From: Eledone cirrhosa | Lineage: Eukaryota | Reading direction: 5' to 3' | Assembly: GCA_964016885.1 (NCBI GenBank) | Contig: OZ024742.1 | Location: forward strand, 30,194,001 to 30,258,000 | DNA: 64,000 nt | Shown here: positions 58,727 through 64,000 of the stretch, piece after piece | Layout: the number at the start of each line of letters is the position of its first letter | Numbering within the stretch: position 1 is the first letter of the stretch | Notes under the pieces: generated by a model | Seen by the model: only the letters and a program-made list of their open reading frames with translations | What the model was told of the DNA's origin: nothing | Databases searched by the model: none | Program-made: the position numbers and the translations under genes

Positions 58727-58929
58727 CTTATACGCACATACATATGCCTTAATAATCATTTCATTTCATTTTCCATAATTCGTTATTTTGGTGATGGTAG
58801 GAGTTTATTTCCGCGAAACCGACTTTATATATACTGATGGCTGCGACTGATACATACATACATACATACATACATACATACATACATACATACATACATA
58901 CATACATACATACATACATACATACATAC

Positions 58930-59388
58930 ATGATGGCTGCAACTCAATTTCGAGTAATGCCATCATTTGATACTTAAGCATGAGCATCACAGACGTGGCC
59001 TTTTAGTCCTGCCAGGGACTTGCCTATGGCCAGCAATGCCATGCATCGCAAAAACATGTTACATATCAAGCAATGCCTGTGCTTGAAACTTTTTAAAGTG
59101 AGGAAAGGCTTTGCCCGGGGTCAGCCACACTCTCTGAACATCAAACACATTTACCTAAAAAGAAGAACTGGTCTACATCATTGGAAGCAAACAAAGTCAC
59201 AGGTTTTATATCAGAGTGACCTTCTCGTGGAGAGATTTCTTATTGAAGACTAGGAATCTCTCGCTCCACAAAACTTTATTGGATGGCCGTTGACTCTCCT
59301 GATTTCCTCCGCCCTTTGATGGGTTTCGTTTTTCATCCCGCAGGGTGTTCAAAATCACCCTCCTCGCCGAGCAAGCTCCTCACCATGC
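58930..59388 (-). mobile_element. Diverged member of the non-autonomous RTE-derived family
   Basis: Collinear blocks with 59579-60188 (AAGCAATGCCTGTGCT, ATTTACC.AAAAGAAGAAC, TCACCCTCCTC); same 3' terminus plus (TGTA)n. Confidence 0.7.
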
Positions 59389-59444
59389 ATACATACATAA
59401 TATATACATGCATACATACATGCATTCATACATACATACGTACG

Positions 59445-59477
<33 letters not shown>

Positions 59478-59578
59478 ATACATACATGCATACATACATG
59501 CATACATGCATACATACATACATACATACATACATACATACATACATACATACATACATACATACATACATACATACA

Positions 59579-60188
59579 TGGTGGCTGCCAACTCGTTTTC
59601 GAGTACGGCCACTACTTTATATCCATGTAGGAGAACCCCTACCGATGCGCTGAACGAGTGTGACTTTTTAGTCCAGCCAGCGACTTGAAAACTCTCGTAC
59701 AAACACTACACTTGTGACAATTATTGACATATAGTGCTGGTCCCATGGTACCATGTGACGACAAGTGCAGAGATCTCCAGATATAAAGCAATGCCTGTGC
59801 TGTGAAGCTTTTATAGTGAGCAAAGGCACTGCACAAAGCCAGTCCCACTCTCTTAACCAAGATGATATTTACCAAAAAGAAGAACAAGTCAACATCATCG
59901 GATACCATCGGGGTTGCAGGTGTTATATCAGAGTTTTCCTTCTCCTAGAATTCTGCCTTGACAAAGGCTAAGGGGTCATCTCTCCCGGTGATTTTGGATG
60001 GCCATTGACTCTTAAGAGCTCCTTTGCCCTTTGACAGGTTTTGTTTTTAGTCTTGCAGGATGTCCAAAGTCACCCTCCTCACCAAGAAACCTTGGTGGGG
60101 TTGCCAGTTTAGTCGCCAACGACCCGACCATGAGACAGGTTGTACTGGGATACATGTTACCAGTAGCACCAACTGGTGACCTGACATA
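59579..60188 (-). mobile_element. About 610-bp non-autonomous RTE-derived element, copy 2
   Basis: Near-identical to 42001-42610; (TGTA)n tail. Confidence 0.8.
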
Positions 60189-60227
60189 CGTACATACACA
60201 CATACATACAAACATATATACATACAT

Positions 60228-60587
60228 GCCCACTTGATGTAAACGTTGTCAGAAAAATACAGGAGAAGGAGGACATCTACGGACCATTGATAAGGAGTTT
60301 ACAAATCCAGTATCCAAGATACACCTTTAGCTTCATACCCATCATTATTGGAGCTACGGGTTATATACCAACCCGCTTGGACCAAAGTATGACTGAACTT
60401 GGATTTGCGGACAAAGAGCGCAGCTCCCTAATTCATAGTCTACAAATGGCTGCGATAGCTGGCGCCTTCAAAATTTGCAAAACATTCTTGCGATTCAAGG
60501 GATGACAATTTCTTTTCTTTTACAACCTTGCCACCAGGAAGGTGGCCGGTCAAAAAAATATACTCAAAATTAAGAGAAAGTGATAAC
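60228..60587 (+). mobile_element. R4/Dong-like non-LTR retrotransposon 3' end (restriction-like endonuclease C-terminus) in (CATA)n
   Basis: D.NV..KIQEKEDIYGPL...IPIIIGATGYIP...L..LG...LQMAAIAG..KICKTFL*; CATA repeats on both flanks. Confidence 0.75.
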
Positions 60588-60933
60588 ATACATACATACA
60601 TACATACATACATACATACATACATACATACATACATACATACATACATACATACATACATACATACATAATGGCTGCATCTGGGTTTTGAAAATTGCCA
60701 TCCCTTGACATTTTTCTTTTACACAAACAGAGACACACGCAACACCACCACTCACACACACATAACACAACACATAATGTCCCGTAGTTCTTATAAATAT
60801 CTTCACTGGTGCACGTCAAGTCACACTAGTGGAGTAAAATGTATTTCTTTATCGTAACATTTATGCTGGAGATAATAATTTGATTCACAAATGTTGATCT
60901 ACTGTCCATAAAGAACTAGAGCAGACTTATACA

Positions 60934-60982
<49 letters not shown>

Positions 60983-60989
<7 letters not shown>

Positions 60990-61055
60990 TAACAGATTAA
61001 AGTTTAAGCAAAGAATCGCTGCTCTTTGGATTTTAGTCTTCAAATGTATTATTAT

Positions 61056-61060
<5 letters not shown>
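60983..61060 (-). repeat. Short (TA)n-flanked element sharing both ends with 1535-1699
   Basis: One palindrome arm plus the reverse complement of 1535-1572. Confidence 0.8.
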
Positions 61061-61112
<52 letters not shown>

Positions 61113-61120
61113 TATGTGTA

Positions 61121-61214
<94 letters not shown>

Positions 61215-61472
61215 ATATGTATGTATATATATATATGCATATGTATGTATATACATATATATATATGCATGTGTATATATATATATACATATGTATGTGT
61301 ACATATATATATATATACACATATATATGTATGTATGTATGTATGTATGTCTATATATGTATGTCTATATATGTATATATATATATATATATGTACATAT
61401 ATATATACATATATATATATACACACATATATATATGCATATGTGTGTACATATATGTAGATATACATATGC

Positions 61473-61561
<89 letters not shown>

Positions 61562-61879
61562 GAAATAGGAGACTTGTATAATATTTGGCAAACACTACAA
61601 AAAGAGATATATTGCGTATTAAATTTCTTGGCGTTTTTAATAACTGTGTTTACAATTGTACATGACAGTTTAAACGCTTGTTATTATTTTGTTTCAATTT
61701 TTTATTGTTGTTTTTTAGTTGTTTTGCTGTTTTTGTTGTTGCTTGACTTTGTTTTTGTTGTTGCTGTTGTGTTTTGGGGGGAGGGGGCGCAAACTATTGT
61801 TTGAGTAAACAAAAGATTGTTTACGAAAAATCTGGAACATTGAATGTCATAATGTAATCATTATTTTCAATACTGAAGA

Positions 61880-62640
61880 TATTTTAGATGATTATATCAA
61901 CTATTCTAAGAATTGTTCACCCATAATGGCTTGGAAGGGTGATATTTTTACGCTAGAAAACATTCTTTCTTACAATAATTGTATCTGGATAAGAAACGTT
62001 CCTTTTTGGGTAAGTATGGGAAGTAGAGACTTAACCGCGATAAGTGATATATTAGGATTTTATACAATAAACTCTCTATGTACTGAGTTTTGTTATTGTC
62101 CTGGTGGTTTATACTGAGATAATGGATTATTTAAACATTACAACCACCAAAATCCATGAAGTCATTGAAGACAACAAACAATGCCACCTTCTGTTCCATG
62201 CATTTTTCCTGGATATATCAAATATAGGGAGAACACCATGTGCATGGAGATTTTTAACCTTCACAACCCACATTGAATTTCTGGTTGAACTACTGAGATT
62301 TTGTGATTCAGTCTATTAAGCAACAAATACGATTATAGCATCTCAAGAAATCTCACAATAGTTTCCGTCTTCACTCTTGCCATCGTTCTGAATATACAGT
62401 TGATGCTAACAACTTTCCAGTTTTGTGGGACATCAGTAACCTCCCATGATTCCAGCATCAACTAGTGGAGAAATCTAATGACTTCTCTCCTCATTTCCCC
62501 CCACACTTCCGGTGGAATCTCACCCACTCCGGGTCTTTTTCTAAGGGAAACCTTATTGTATCCAGCACCGTTTCTACATTTGGAAATCTTCTGCAAAGCG
62601 AGCAAATATTTGTCTATTATCAAGTTGAACTAACGTCTGA
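61880..62640 (-). mobile_element. Old degenerate RTE-type reverse transcriptase fragment
   Basis: Remnants VPQNWK, LLNRL, PEIQCG and IQEKCMEQ, with stops and frameshifts. Confidence 0.65.
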
Positions 62641-62704
62641 CCTCTTAACTTTTCCAAATTTAGTTTACGTAAATGTCAGGCGACATTTGTGCATTACATA
62701 AATA

Positions 62705-63317
<613 letters not shown>

Positions 63318-63322
63318 TATTG

Positions 63323-63388
<66 letters not shown>

Positions 63389-64000
63389 GAATGCCATGGT
63401 TGACGGAGGCTCGGCTCTGTAAGGTATTGTAAATTTTAACCGCTATAACAATTGTAAATTGTTTAAAACTTTAACCAGATTGTAGACAAAAACATCCTCC
63501 TCCTCGTGAGAGGGGTCTTTCTGCCCGTCATTTGGCCCTTCGGTGTTAAATAACGGCTTATTGGGGTTTTGTGCCCAATATTCATTTTAAACCAAAAAAA
63601 ACATGGCTACAAAAAAAGAATTTTCACAAGTCACTCCCACTCATTCCGTCTTCTTCTTCCTCGATCGTCACTACACCAGAGAGAAGATTGTCTCTCTCCC
63701 CCCTTCTCTAAATGTGTCTCTCTCCTTCCCTTCTCTTTCGCAAGCGACGCCAGTAAAGAAAAAGAAAAATATAGTTTCTGATAGTTTCCTCGATAACGTG
63801 CAAACCGAGGAACATTTCTCCACGACGACAACGACGACAAATGTGTCCGGTAAATACGGAAAGCCATTTCATTCGTCTGACGTCATGAATAATAGCAGTA
63901 GCAGCCGTAATAACAGCAGCAGCAGCAACAGTGGCAAGGAAAACAACAGCAGCAGCCGCAACAGCATCAGCAGCAGCATAAACAACAACAACATTAGCAG

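Noticed and set aside
60095-60188. HDV-like ribozyme at the 5' end of the RTE-derived element
   Set aside because: P2-like (CCAGT/ACTGG), P4-like and CTAA elements are visible on the minus strand, but no consistent P1/P3/P1.1 could be built by eye; a descriptor search is needed

Overview
AT-rich eukaryotic genomic DNA full of microsatellites; the SINE types and (TA)n/(CA)n load look like an octopod cephalopod (inference). Most ORFs in the supplied track are translations of simple repeats. Supported content: (1) the last coding exon (M4 helix) of a divergent Cys-loop/nicotinic-receptor-like gene on the minus strand, with weaker upstream exon candidates; (2) a 10.3-kb 32-bp satellite with higher-order structure, plus several minisatellites; (3) fragments of RTE, CRE-like and R4/Dong-like LINEs, a Tc1/mariner remnant, a hAT-like MITE, a short Helitron and many tRNA-type SINEs; (4) most notably, a dense set of short elements sitting in (TA)n tracts and carrying type I hammerhead ribozyme motifs from several different families. 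These include a Penelope-like GIY-YIG fragment, a 3 x 310-bp tandem hammerhead array resembling a retrozyme, a U3-A8 core-variant hammerhead family, and copies with inverted termini. All structures were read by eye; no searches or folding programs were run.
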